From contig KV454012.1 of assembly GCA_001661245.1 (NCBI GenBank), forward strand, positions 1,074,848-1,138,847: a stretch of 64,000 nucleotides of DNA, given 5' to 3'. Position 1 is the first letter of the stretch. Each line of letters starts with the position of its first letter. The stretch is from Pachysolen tannophilus NRRL Y-2460 (lineage: Eukaryota). Below, piece by piece: positions 12,927 to 23,988 of this stretch. The position numbers were made by a program, and so were the translations under genes. Under the pieces are notes generated by a model. The model did not search any database and had not been told where the DNA came from. It was given only the letters and a program-made list of their open reading frames with translations.

Positions 12927-13338
12927 AGCAGCTGTTGTTGATGTGTTGAAATGAGATGAGAAGAAAAAAGGATTGATTTTTGAAAAATTTATGTTTTTTT
13001 TTTTAATTTTTATTATTTTTTTTTCTTCACTTCAATTGACCCACCAACCCACCAACTAACTAACTAACGCCCTCCCCTTACGCACACTAAAATTTGTTGG
13101 AATATTTTTTTTTTTAATTTAATAATTTTTCTATTAATAATTTTTTGTAGTTAGTTATATTATTGTTTTATTTTTTATTTTTTTCTTTCTATTTTTAAAT
13201 TTAAATTTGGTTTTTAGGTATTTATTAAAAACATTATGTTAACTTTGTAGTTAATCAAATCAATTAATTGATTATTATTTATTGCTGCTATTACCATAGT
13301 AAAACTTTCTATCTCTATCTATCTCCACCAAATAGTGG

Positions 13339-13345
13339 CGGGTAA
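13339..13345. promoter_or_regulatory. Reb1-type site (CGGGTAA) upstream of YPT1
   Basis: Exact match to the TTACCCG consensus at the edge of a poly(dA:dT)-rich promoter. Confidence 0.4.
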
Positions 13346-13915
13346 AACATAAAATTTACAAAAGTCGTACACACAAAGCACAAAAAATCATTTTTTTTAA
13401 TTTTTTTTTTCTTTTTCGCCTTTTATTTCGAAGAAGAGGAACCAATTGAGATTAAAAAAGGTGAGGGCTACAAAAGTGAAATTAAAACAAAACAATATAT
13501 ATATATATTTTATTAAATACATTTTTTATTTAATTCAATTATTGGGATTGATTAAATATTAATTGAATTGAAAAAAAATTTTTTTTCTTTGTTTATTGTG
13601 GAATTTGAATTTTGTTGAAATTACTAGAACAAAATTTATTAATTAATTAATTAATTTTTTTTAAAAAGTAGTTTTTAAAAGAATTTTATTTTATATTTTT
13701 TTAATTTTTAAAAAAAATTATTATATAAAAAGCAATTTTGTATACTTGGACCAAGATATATATTATATCAATTCATATAATTTCATTTTAAATTTAGTTA
13801 TTGTCCTTCTTTCAGCGTTTAATAATCTTTTATTAAATTGATTATTTACATATTCTAATAATAAAAACTAAAACAAAACAAAAAGAAAAAAGAAAGAAAG
13901 AAAGAATAAAGAAAG

Positions 13916-14536
13916 ATGAACAGTGAATACGATTATTTGTTTAAATTATTACTTATTGGTGATTCAGGTGTTGGTAAATCATGTTTATTATTAAGATTTG
14001 CGGATGATACATATACTCCAGATTATATTTCAACTATTGGTGTTGATTTTAAAATCAGAACAATAGAGTTGGATGGTAAAACTATAAAATTACAAATTTG
14101 GGATACCGCTGGTCAAGAACGTTTTAGAACTATTACTTCATCTTATTATAGAGGAGCTCATGGTATTATTATAGTTTATGATGTTACTGAACAAGAATCT
14201 TTCAATAACGTTAAACAATGGTTACAAGAAATTGATCGTTATGCAACAGGGGGCGTTATGAAATTATTAGTTGGTAATAAATCTGATTTAACCCATAGAA
14301 AAGTTGTTGATTATGCTGTAGCTAAAGAATTTGCTGATTCATTGGATATTCCATTTTTGGAAACTTCAGCTTTAAGTTCAAATAATGTTGAACAAGCTTT
14401 TTTCACAATGGCTAGACAAATTAAAGCTCAAATGGCAAATACACAATCATCTGCTCCTAACGGCGGTAATGGTAAAGCAGGTGTTAATTTGAGGGGTCAA
14501 GCCATTTCTTCTAATCAAAATTCAAGCTGTTGTTAG
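13916..14536 (+). CDS. YPT1: Rab1-family GTPase Ypt1
   Basis: [43 protein letters not shown]-terminal CC prenylation motif. Confidence 0.97.
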   Translation: MNSEYDYLFKLLLIGDSGVGKSCLLLRFADDTYTPDYISTIGVDFKIRTIELDGKTIKLQIWDTAGQERFRTITSSYYRGAHGIIIVYDVTEQESFNNVKQWLQEIDRYATGGVMKLLVGNKSDLTHRKVVDYAVAKEFADSLDIPFLETSALSSNNVEQAFFTMARQIKAQMANTQSSAPNGGNGKAGVNLRGQAISSNQNSSCC

Positions 14537-15251
14537 AAAAAGATGCAAAAGAGTTTCCCAAGTTTTAGTTTTTGAATATTATTATTATTATAATTATTAA
14601 TTGTTAGTAATTTTTTTTTTTTTTAACAAAAATGTTCTGTGTTGATTTATTTTTATATAAAATACAGAATATGGTCAATGCAAATTTTCTTTTTTTTTTT
14701 TTTTCTTTTTGCCTGTTATTTCTGACCTTGAATCAATGAGTTTGCGTCTGGTATCTTCGCATCAGTGTTTTTTTTTTTTTTTTTTGACTTTTTATGACTA
14801 GTTTCATTAGTTTTCTTCTTAATTAATATTTATTAAGTGCTCGCAAACTCGTTATTTTCTTTTTCACTTTAGTTGCTTTCATGTTTATTTCAAACATATA
14901 CATATAAATAAATCCAATTGCTATATAAAATTCGAAACTCATAGGTATTAAAATTCAGAAATAATCAAAGTTCTTTTTTTTTTTTTTTGTAAAAATTGAT
15001 CATTATCATCTTCAACATCTTTTAGAGTATAGCCAAAATTCAAGATAAGAATCAATCTGTCTGTCATTACTATTAAATATTCACATACATACAAATACAA
15101 ATACTCAAGGGTTAGTCGTGTGAATAATAACCATAATAATCAATAATAGTAAAGCATTTAATTGTTTCAAGAAACCATCCATCAGTTTGAATTGAAATAA
15201 TAATTCTCTTATTTAGTTGAGAAAGAAGTTTTAAAAAAAGGCAAAGGAAAG

Positions 15252-15863
15252 ATGGCAGGATCTTCTCAGAAAAAACAGGCGGTATCGAATATTCAATCTT
15301 TAAAGGAAATTCATACATTATCATTGGTTATAAATCTTGTAACTTTAATAGTATTGTTTTCATTTAATAGACCATCATCAAAAAAAATTTTCATAATTTT
15401 CACTATACCGTTATTAATTTGTGAATATATAATAGAGAAAACAGGTAGACCTAAATATGATTCAAGTGGGAAATTGGTTTCATCAGGTGAAGATTTAAAG
15501 CAATCTGGATTAACTGAATACATGTTTGATATTATTTATTTTACCTTGATCTGTGATATCTTAATGATTGTCTTTGGGTCCAATAAAGTTTGGTACCTCT
15601 ATTTAGCTGTGAGTATAGTAAATATATATATATATATATATGAAAAAAACCAGAGAAACAGTTTATTTACTAACTTTGATTATATATAGATTCCGGGATT
15701 TGCATCGTACAAACTTTTTGGCTTGATTAAAGCAGGTCGCCTGTTGCTAGGAGGAGGTTCATCTAAAACTGAAAATTCCACTGAAGAACAGACTCCTCTG
15801 AAAAGTAAGAGACAAGCTAAATTGGAAGCAAGAGGAAATAGACAAAGAGTTCAAGCAAGGTGA
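15252..15863 (+). CDS. SND2: SRP-independent targeting protein Snd2/Env10 (TMEM208 family); exons 15252-15608 and 15690-15863
   Basis: GRPKYD..G.DLKQSGLTEYMFDIIY motif; intron 15609-15689 (GTGAGT, TACTAAC 15668-15674, TAG); exon 2 IPGFASYKL...KSKRQAKLEARG then stop. Confidence 0.88.
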
Positions 15864-16105
15864 AAAAAAAAAAAAAGTTTTTTTTTTTTTTGTGTAATTT
15901 CTCTTTTATTAATATGAAATAAAAAATTAATAATTTACCACTAATTTCCTAAACAACAGGATCAAAATTATATAAGAAAATAGATCAATTAATTGTAGTA
16001 ATTTGTTGTAATTACCAATGAGTTTATCTATCTATCTATCTCTTTCAATCTGTTATCACATAGAAAGACAGAACCAGCCACTGGAAACGGGTATTTTTCA
16101 ACGTC

Positions 16106-16112
16106 CGGGTAA
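16106..16112. promoter_or_regulatory. Reb1-type site (CGGGTAA) in the ACT1 promoter
   Basis: Exact consensus about 220 bp upstream of the actin ATG. Confidence 0.45.
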
Positions 16113-16325
16113 CTCGCATTAAATCTGAATTTCGGCTCGAAAAATTGATTTTTTTGGGGGAGGCACTAAATGGAACTTTCTTTTCTTTCAAAGTTATAAT
16201 ATTATTACCAAGTTATTATATATATTTTTTTTTATAAAAAAAAATTCCAATACAATTAATCATTGAATTAATTTGTTAGGATTATTTAGGGTATCATATA
16301 TATATATATTTAAATATTAGTCAAG

Positions 16326-18060
16326 ATGAATGGCGGTATGTATTTGATTTTTTAATGATTAATTGTGTGTTCTTTTCGTCTGGTTAAATTTTTTTTGTTT
16401 TTTTCTCTTTATAAATCAAGATTTATGAAGGCAATAACAAATAATTTGTCTTGAGTTATTAGAAAATATCCATGATTTGGATCAATCAATCTATCAATGG
16501 GTTATGATCCCAATGAATTGAATTAAAAATGTGATCTGAATTGTTGTGTTGCAAGTTCGTATGTCTTGCGTAGTCTGCGGCCACGTCAGTCTCATTTTTA
16601 CAAACAACAAAAAAAAAGAAAAGGTATCAAGAAACTAAGAAAACACACGATAAATCTAATTAAATTTTTATTTTTATTATTATTTACAATACTAACAGTT
16701 TTAATTCAATTCAATTCAATTGATTGAATTTTTTTTTTTGCCATATACAGAAGACGTTACTGCTGTATGTATTTTCTAATAATTGATTTATTTGAATCAG
16801 GTCTTAATCTTGTTTCATACACACTATTTTTCATTTATTTGCCTCTTTATAGAATAGAAAAATTGTCGTTCTATATAGGGCAAGATAAGTAGTGTACCGG
16901 ATACGGGGGAAAAAAAAAATACTAACTAAAATTTTTTAATATGAAATATTTAGGTCGTTATCGATAATGGTTCAGGTATGTGTAAAGCTGGTTTTGCCGG
17001 TGATGACGCTCCTCGTGCTGTTTTCCCATCTATTGTTGGTAGACCAAGACACCAAGGTATTATGGTTGGTATGGGTCAAAAAGATTCTTATGTTGGTGAT
17101 GAAGCTCAATCCAAGAGAGGTATTTTAAGTTTACATTATCCAATTGAACATGGTATTGTTACTAATTGGGATGATATGGAAAAAATTTGGTATCATACTT
17201 TTTATAATGAATTACGTATTGTTCAAGAAGAACTTCCTGTTTTATTGACTGAAGCTCCAAAGAATCCAAAATCTAACAGAGAAAAAATGACTCAAATTAT
17301 GTTTGAAACTTTTAATGTTCCAGCATTTTATGTTTCTATTCAAGCTGTTTTGTCCTTGTATTCTTCTGGTAGAACTACTGGTATCGTTTTAGATTCCGGT
17401 GATGGTGTTACTCACGTTGTTCCAATTTATGCTGGTTTCTCTTTACCACATGCTATTTTACGTATTGATTTAGCTGGTAGAGATTTAACCGATTATTTGA
17501 TGAAAATTTTGGCAGAACGTGGTTATCCTTTCTCAACAACTGCAGAACGTGAAATTGTTCGTGATATTAAAGAAAAATTATGTTATGTTGCTTTAGATTT
17601 TGATCAAGAATTACAAACTTCATCTCAATCTTCAGCTATTGAAAAATCATATGAATTACCAGATGGTCAAGTCATCACTATTGGTAATGAAAGATTTAGA
17701 GCTCCAGAAGCTTTATTCAACCCAGCCGCTTTAGGTTTAGAAGCTGCAGGTATTGATCAAACCACTTATAATTCTATTATGAAGTGTGATGTTGATGTCA
17801 GAAAAGAATTGTACGGTAACATTGTTATGTCAGGTGGTACTACCATGTTCCCAGGTATTGCTGAAAGAATGCAAAAGGAAATTACTGCTTTGGCTCCATC
17901 ATCCATGAAAGTTAAGATCATTGCTCCTCCAGAAAGAAAATACAGTGTCTGGATCGGTGGTTCTATCTTGGCTTCTTTATCTACTTTCCAACAAATGTGG
18001 ATCTCAAAACAAGAGTACGACGAATCTGGACCATCAATTGTTCACCACAAGTGTTTCTAA
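16326..18060 (+). CDS. ACT1: Actin; exons 16326-16335, 16751-16764 (14-nt microexon), 16954-18060
   Basis: Two GTATGT..TACTAAC..YAG introns (16336-16750, 16765-16953) give [34 protein letters not shown]...HHKCF. Confidence 0.95.
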
Positions 18061-18546
18061 GCTTTTTAAAATTTTACTTTTTATTTTTTTTTTTTTTTTT
18101 TTACCTTTTAATTTTTTATTTCCTGAAATAAAAAGAAAGCTTTCATAACTTGTTTTATTGTCAATTAGCTCTTATTCTTTAGTTGGTTTAAAAGTAGTTT
18201 AAAGTCTTTTTTTTGACCCTTTTCCTACCTATTGGTTTTGTTATTTTTTATTGAGATATATATTTTTTTTTTTTTTTTATTATTATTCAATAAGTTTTGT
18301 ATATCTTATATATATATATTCTATAAATATATATTTTAGTACTATTGGATTGTCAATAAAGACTTTCATCAGATTAAATGTAATTTTTACAAAAATCGTT
18401 GTTTTAAATTTTAAATTTGTTATTGAAAATGCAAAATTTTTTTTTTTTTTTTTTAATAAATTATAGAAATAAATAGAATGAATATAAATAATTTTTTAAA
18501 TATGATAATAATAAATAAATTTTAAATCTCAAATAATTTTTTTTTT

Positions 18547-20571
18547 TTAGATATTTAAAGTAGGTTTCTTGCCCTTAAGAACTCCAATTACACAATCTTT
18601 GGCGTATTTTGGAATAACTTTATCTTCATGCAACATTTCAAAGACTTCAGTTGCATCGGTACCAGCAACATTTATTATTGATTGTTCACCACCAGGATGA
18701 TTTGGTAAAAAATTGGTACAATTTAAAACAATATTTTTAACAATAACCCAACAATCATTTGGTTTATTATGTTTTGCAACCTCCAGAGCAGTAAATTCTT
18801 TTGAAGGAATTTTAAACTCTGAATTTTTCTTGGAAGAAGAATTATTTTTAGTTGATTTAGAAGAATTTTTAGATGAAGTTTTATTATTATTATTAGTAGT
18901 AGAAGCTTTTGATGGTTTTGATGATGCTTGTGGTTTTGTTGTTGTAGAAGCAGAAGAATTTTTCAGAGATTGGTCATTCCAATCAACAATTACTCTGCCT
19001 GGGTTACTCGGGTCCAAATGTAAACTGATTTGATTTAATCTTTCAGTTGCAGCACTCCTGTTATAGTCTAAATTTGACAATGTACTCAATAGGTAATTAG
19101 TCGCAGCATCCGCTGCAATTCTACCAAAAACAACACATCCCAATAATGATGATCCACCTAATCTGTTTTCACCATGAACACCACCTGCTAATTCACCTGA
19201 GGCATACAAACCTCTGATGACTTTATTAGAAGTATTTATAACTTGAGTCTTTTCATTTATCTTGACTCCACCCATTGTAAAATGAACAACTCTAGTAATA
19301 TAAGATACATAAAATTCTTCTTCTTTACCTGTTTTTGGGTCTTTTAAATAAAATGGACAAGCTGGGAAAAATTTCTTACCAAAAGTATCTTTTCTTTTAC
19401 CCTCAGCAGAATCATTATATTCATCAAATTGTTTTTGTAAAGACTCTTCAGAACAACCAATTTCTTTTAATAATTCATTAGCTTTTAATTGTTTCATTAA
19501 ACCTCTTTGAGTATAATGTCTTGTATGGAAATCCAATACATCACTTGCCTTTTTATTTAATATTAAGAAAATTTTTGAATTATTATTATTTTGTTTTATA
19601 GTTTCTACCATCTTACCACTAACATAATCTCTAGTGCCTAATTCATCACAAAATCTTTCACCTTTAGAATTCAACATAATACCACCTTCTCCTCTTAAAG
19701 CTTCTGCACCCAAAAAAATGAATTTATCAGTTTTTTTCAAAATTTTTTGTTTAAAAGGTATTAACCCAGTAGGATGAACTTGAATCTTATCCATATGAAC
19801 ACCTTGACCATTAACTTTTGAGATGATCAATTTTTGGCCATCACCTGTAGCATGATTAGCATTTGTACTTGGTAAGTTTAACAAATCAGGTCTATACTTT
19901 CCAATTAAAGAATCTTTTGAAGTAAAATCAGCAGCATAACCACCTGTAGACATGATTACTGGACCATACAGTTTAAATAAAGTCTTATGATCTTTTTGAT
20001 AAATAACACCAATAACTGAATCATTTTCTTTGATTAAATCAACTACTTTTGATTTTTTCAATAACTTAAACCTATTTGGATTTTTTTCAACTAATTCATC
20101 ATATTTTTCCATTAAAGCATATGTAATAGCCATTCCAGGAAATTTTTTATCATGACCTCTATGAGTTCTTGGTTGTGAATGTCCACCTAACCTACTCACC
20201 AATGAAAGATCCAATCCAAATACTTGAATCAACCATTCCACAGCATCAGCAGAATTATTAACTAATGCATCAATTAAAGCCTCATTAGCCAATTTTTTCG
20301 CAGATTTAAGCGTATCCAGTTTAAATTGTTCAACACTATCTTTAATCTTTAACCGCTGTTGTGCTCTAGTATAACTTCCATTAATACCAGAAGTGGCCTT
20401 TGTTGAATTCCCACCAATAAAGTTTTGCTTATCTAACAATATAACATTAGCGCCATTAATAATTGCCTGATGAGCCGCTGAAAGCCCACTTAAACCACCA
20501 CCAACAACAATAATTGGGTTTCTAGGTAATCCATCTTCAACCGCTACTGAATCTATATTTGAAGCCAGCAT
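18547..20571 (-). CDS. Soluble FAD-dependent fumarate reductase (Osm1/Frd1-like) with a C-terminal cytochrome b5 domain
   Basis: VVGGGLSGLSAA FAD motif, GGNSTKATSGING, QVHPTG, HFTMGG, HGENRLGGSSL; S/T/N/K-rich linker followed by a b5 domain (CWVIV, HPGG, FEMLH). Confidence 0.88.
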   Translation of the reverse strand: MLASNIDSVAVEDGLPRNPIIVVGGGLSGLSAAHQAIINGANVILLDKQNFIGGNSTKATSGINGSYTRAQQRLKIKDSVEQFKLDTLKSAKKLANEALIDALVNNSADAVEWLIQVFGLDLSLVSRLGGHSQPRTHRGHDKKFPGMAITYALMEKYDELVEKNPNRFKLLKKSKVVDLIKENDSVIGVIYQKDHKTLFKLYGPVIMSTGGYAADFTSKDSLIGKYRPDLLNLPSTNANHATGDGQKLIISKVNGQGVHMDKIQVHPTGLIPFKQKILKKTDKFIFLGAEALRGEGGIMLNSKGERFCDELGTRDYVSGKMVETIKQNNNNSKIFLILNKKASDVLDFHTRHYTQRGLMKQLKANELLKEIGCSEESLQKQFDEYNDSAEGKRKDTFGKKFFPACPFYLKDPKTGKEEEFYVSYITRVVHFTMGGVKINEKTQVINTSNKVIRGLYASGELAGGVHGENRLGGSSLLGCVVFGRIAADAATNYLLSTLSNLDYNRSAATERLNQISLHLDPSNPGRVIVDWNDQSLKNSSASTTTKPQASSKPSKASTTNNNNKTSSKNSSKSTKNNSSSKKNSEFKIPSKEFTALEVAKHNKPNDCWVIVKNIVLNCTNFLPNHPGGEQSIINVAGTDATEVFEMLHEDKVIPKYAKDCVIGVLKGKKPTLNI

Positions 20572-20861
20572 TTTAATTTTTTTGTTTTAATTTTGTTTTT
20601 TAATTTTGTCTTTCTTCAATCAATTCAATTACAATAAAAAGTAATGGATCCATATTTATATATATATATATATTCCACGAATTAGAATTTAATGATTACT
20701 ACTTTAGTTATTGATTATTCGCTTTAGCAATCAATTAATCTCTTCTTCTTCATCTTCCCGGTGATCTTCTCCAATTTTTGGCGGGGGCCCGCTCCAGGGA
20801 AGGAATTACGCGGGATGTATGACGTCGGGGTAAAGGTCAAAAGTCCAAAGACTAAACGTGG

Positions 20862-20910
20862 GACACAAGACACAAGACACAAGACACGGGACATGGGACA
20901 TGGGACAGTG
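20862..20910. repeat. Degenerate 7-bp tandem repeat (GACACAA x3, GACACGG, GACATGG x2, GACAGTG)
   Basis: Read directly; lies in the divergent promoter between the fumarate reductase gene and RAD54. Confidence 0.8.
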
Positions 20911-21236
20911 GAAGTGGGAAGCGATAAACAACGGAAAAAGGGTAGCAAAGATAAAAAAAAATTTAATATTTTTTCTTGGTTTGGGTAGTGCCTATAAGTA
21001 CTAAACATTCCCAAAATGGACAAACTTAAAAAACAAAAGTAGTGTGGGCGCGGGCCAAGGTCCCGATTAGGTAATTTATTATTTTTTTATATTTTCTTTG
21101 TTTTCTTTGTTTACCTTTTATAAGGAAGAGAATCCTGAGTATGCAAAAAAAAAATATAAAAATTAAGCGCTGAATATATTGTATACTACGCGGTTAAGAC
21201 TATAACAAAAAGAAGAAAAAAAAGAAGAAGAAGAAG

Positions 21237-23849
21237 ATGGGGTTTCACAATTCAAGAAGAAAGTTGCCAGATAGACCGGCAAATGAAGCAGGAACAGGTG
21301 CTGGGTTGCCATTGGCAAAGAGGCCAAGGGCGGTTACTGATCCTACTGCAATATTATTTCAACCTTTTAAAATACCAATTAATAAAAGATCTAGTACTCA
21401 TGTTATAGGCGCCCATGGGAAAAATGAAGATGGATTAGGTATTAGAAAAGCCCGATTGAAAGGTCCTCAGTCTTATGCCTTGATGGATGTGGATGTGGAC
21501 TTGGATAACCAAAACGCGAATGGTAGATTTTTAAAAGATGACGGAATTATTGATTCTGAAGGTAATATTATACGACATAATAAAACAAAGAGAAGTTTAT
21601 TTTCTAGAAATTATATTGAAATTGTTAATAAGGAAAATATTAAATTTAGTCAAGAATTTATTGTTCCTGTGAAAGTGAATAATGAAAATAGTTATAGCTT
21701 GAAAAATGCAAATCCTCCTCCTGTATTAGGAATGAAAAGGAAACCTATATTAATTCCTAGACCATTATATGATCCTACATCTGAATACGCAATTGTATTA
21801 TATGATCCAACAGTCGATATAATTCCTGAAGATTTACAAAGAATAAAAGAAGAAGAAGAAGAAAGGAAAAAATTTGAAGCTGAAGAAATTGAAAAACTGA
21901 AATTAAGAGAAAAAAATTCAACAATTGTAATTAATAATAGACCTGCAATTAGATGTAATACTCATAGATCTTTAAATGAAATCTTGGGTATTTCAAAAGA
22001 TGGTACTGATTTGATGGAAAAAAAATTTCCTAATGTACCTGTGGTTATTGATCCTAAATTGGCTAGAATTTTAAGACCACATCAAATTGCTGGTGTAAAA
22101 TTTTTATATAGATGTACTGCAGGTTTAGTTGATCCTAGAGCAAAAGGTTGTATTATGGCAGATGAAATGGGTTTAGGTAAAACTTTACAATGTTTAACAT
22201 TAATGTGGACTTTGTTAAGACAAGGTCCAAGAGGTAAAAAGACAATAGATAAGGCAATAGTAGTATGCCCTTCATCTTTGGTTAAAAATTGGGCAAATGA
22301 ATTTGATAAATGGTTAGGAAAAGGTGTTTTAACACCTTTAGCAATTGATGGTAAATCTGTTAAACCAGGTGAATTAACCTCAGCTTTAAAACAATGGGTT
22401 TCCGCCACAGGAAGAAATATTGTTAGACCAGTCTTGGTTATTAGTTATGAAACTTTAAGAAGAAATTCAGATATTTTGGATGGAACTGAAATTGGATTAT
22501 TATTAGCAGATGAAGGTCATAGATTGAAAAATGGAGATTCTTTAACTTTTTCTTCATTAAACAAATTGAAATGTGAAAGAAGAGTAATATTATCAGGTAC
22601 TCCAATTCAAAATGATTTAACAGAATATTTTTCATTATTAAGTTTTTCAAATCCTGGTTTACTAGGAAGTAGAGCAGAATTTCGTAAAAATTTTGAAAAT
22701 GCTATATTAAAAGGAAGAGATTTTACAGCAACTGATGAAGAACGCCAAAAAAGTGATACTAAATTACAAGAATTAACACAATTTGTTTCTAAATTTATCA
22801 TTAGAAGAACCAATGATATATTATCTAAATATTTACCAGTTAAATATGAATATGTTGTTTTCACAAAATTAAGTGATATGCAAGCTGCATTATACAGATA
22901 TTTTATTACTTCCCCAGAAATTGGTAAATTATTAAAAGGTTCAGGATCACAACCTTTAAAAGCAATCACATTATTGAAAAAACTTTGTAATCATCCAAAT
23001 TTATTGAATTTACCAGATGACATTGAAGGATGTCAGGATTTAATTCCAAATGAATATGATTATAGTTCTGGAAATTCAGGTAGAAATAGAGAGGTTCAAA
23101 CTGAATTCAGTGGTAAATTTAGAATATTAGAAAGATTCTTACATAAGATTCATAATGAAACCGATGATAAAATTGTTATTATTTCTAATTATACTCAAAC
23201 TTTGGATATTGTTGAAAAACTTTGCAGAGCAAACAAATTTGGTTCCTTTAGATTGGATGGAACTATGGCAACTAATAAAAGACAAAAATTGGTCGATAAA
23301 TTTAATGACAAAGAAGGTAGGGAGTTTGTGTTTTTATTAAGTTCAAAAGCTGGTGGATGCGGGATTAATTTAATTGGAGCTAATAGGTTAGTCTTGGTTG
23401 ATCCAGATTGGAATCCTGCATCTGACCAACAAGCATTGGCAAGAGTTTGGAGAGATGGACAAACTAAAAATTGCTTTATTTATCGTTTCATCTCTACTGG
23501 GTCTATTGAAGAGAAAATTTTTCAAAGACAAAGTGCTAAATTGCAATTAAGTTCTTGTGTTGTTGATGCCAACGAAGATGTAGAACGTCTTTTTTCAAGA
23601 GATATATTGAGACAATTGTTTCAATATCAGGAAAATACAGTTTCAGATACTCATGATACTTTCAATTGTAAAAGATGCAACAAGGAAACACAGAAGCAGG
23701 AGATAAAATCAAAGACAATGTTGTATGGTGATGCAACTACTTGGAATCATATCCATCCTGATAATTTGATTCAAAACGAAGACGTTTTGTTGAAAAATGA
23801 ATCAGGATTTGATGACATAAGTTACGTCTTCCAATACATTTCACATTAA
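21237..23849 (+). CDS. RAD54: SWI2/SNF2-family recombination ATPase Rad54
   Basis: PRPLYDPTSEYAIVLYDP, VPVVIDPKLARILRPHQ, GCIMADEMGLGKT, LADEGHRLKN, QQALARVWRDGQ, C-terminal FQYISH. Confidence 0.96.
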   Translation: MGFHNSRRKLPDRPANEAGTGAGLPLAKRPRAVTDPTAILFQPFKIPINKRSSTHVIGAHGKNEDGLGIRKARLKGPQSYALMDVDVDLDNQNANGRFLKDDGIIDSEGNIIRHNKTKRSLFSRNYIEIVNKENIKFSQEFIVPVKVNNENSYSLKNANPPPVLGMKRKPILIPRPLYDPTSEYAIVLYDPTVDIIPEDLQRIKEEEEERKKFEAEEIEKLKLREKNSTIVINNRPAIRCNTHRSLNEILGISKDGTDLMEKKFPNVPVVIDPKLARILRPHQIAGVKFLYRCTAGLVDPRAKGCIMADEMGLGKTLQCLTLMWTLLRQGPRGKKTIDKAIVVCPSSLVKNWANEFDKWLGKGVLTPLAIDGKSVKPGELTSALKQWVSATGRNIVRPVLVISYETLRRNSDILDGTEIGLLLADEGHRLKNGDSLTFSSLNKLKCERRVILSGTPIQNDLTEYFSLLSFSNPGLLGSRAEFRKNFENAILKGRDFTATDEERQKSDTKLQELTQFVSKFIIRRTNDILSKYLPVKYEYVVFTKLSDMQAALYRYFITSPEIGKLLKGSGSQPLKAITLLKKLCNHPNLLNLPDDIEGCQDLIPNEYDYSSGNSGRNREVQTEFSGKFRILERFLHKIHNETDDKIVIISNYTQTLDIVEKLCRANKFGSFRLDGTMATNKRQKLVDKFNDKEGREFVFLLSSKAGGCGINLIGANRLVLVDPDWNPASDQQALARVWRDGQTKNCFIYRFISTGSIEEKIFQRQSAKLQLSSCVVDANEDVERLFSRDILRQLFQYQENTVSDTHDTFNCKRCNKETQKQEIKSKTMLYGDATTWNHIHPDNLIQNEDVLLKNESGFDDISYVFQYISH

Positions 23850-23988
23850 ACACTGGTTTTGGGATTTACCAATTTTTTTTATTTTTTTTTTTTTTTGATT
23901 CAGAAAATTTACATTTTGAAGATTAAATAGATTTTTTATTTTTTTTATCAATATAGTTAGCATTATATAATGAAACCCCATCAAGGCA

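Noticed and set aside
16440..16600. Intronic snoRNA in ACT1 intron 1
   Set aside because: A CTGA is present but no convincing C box or recognisable rRNA guide
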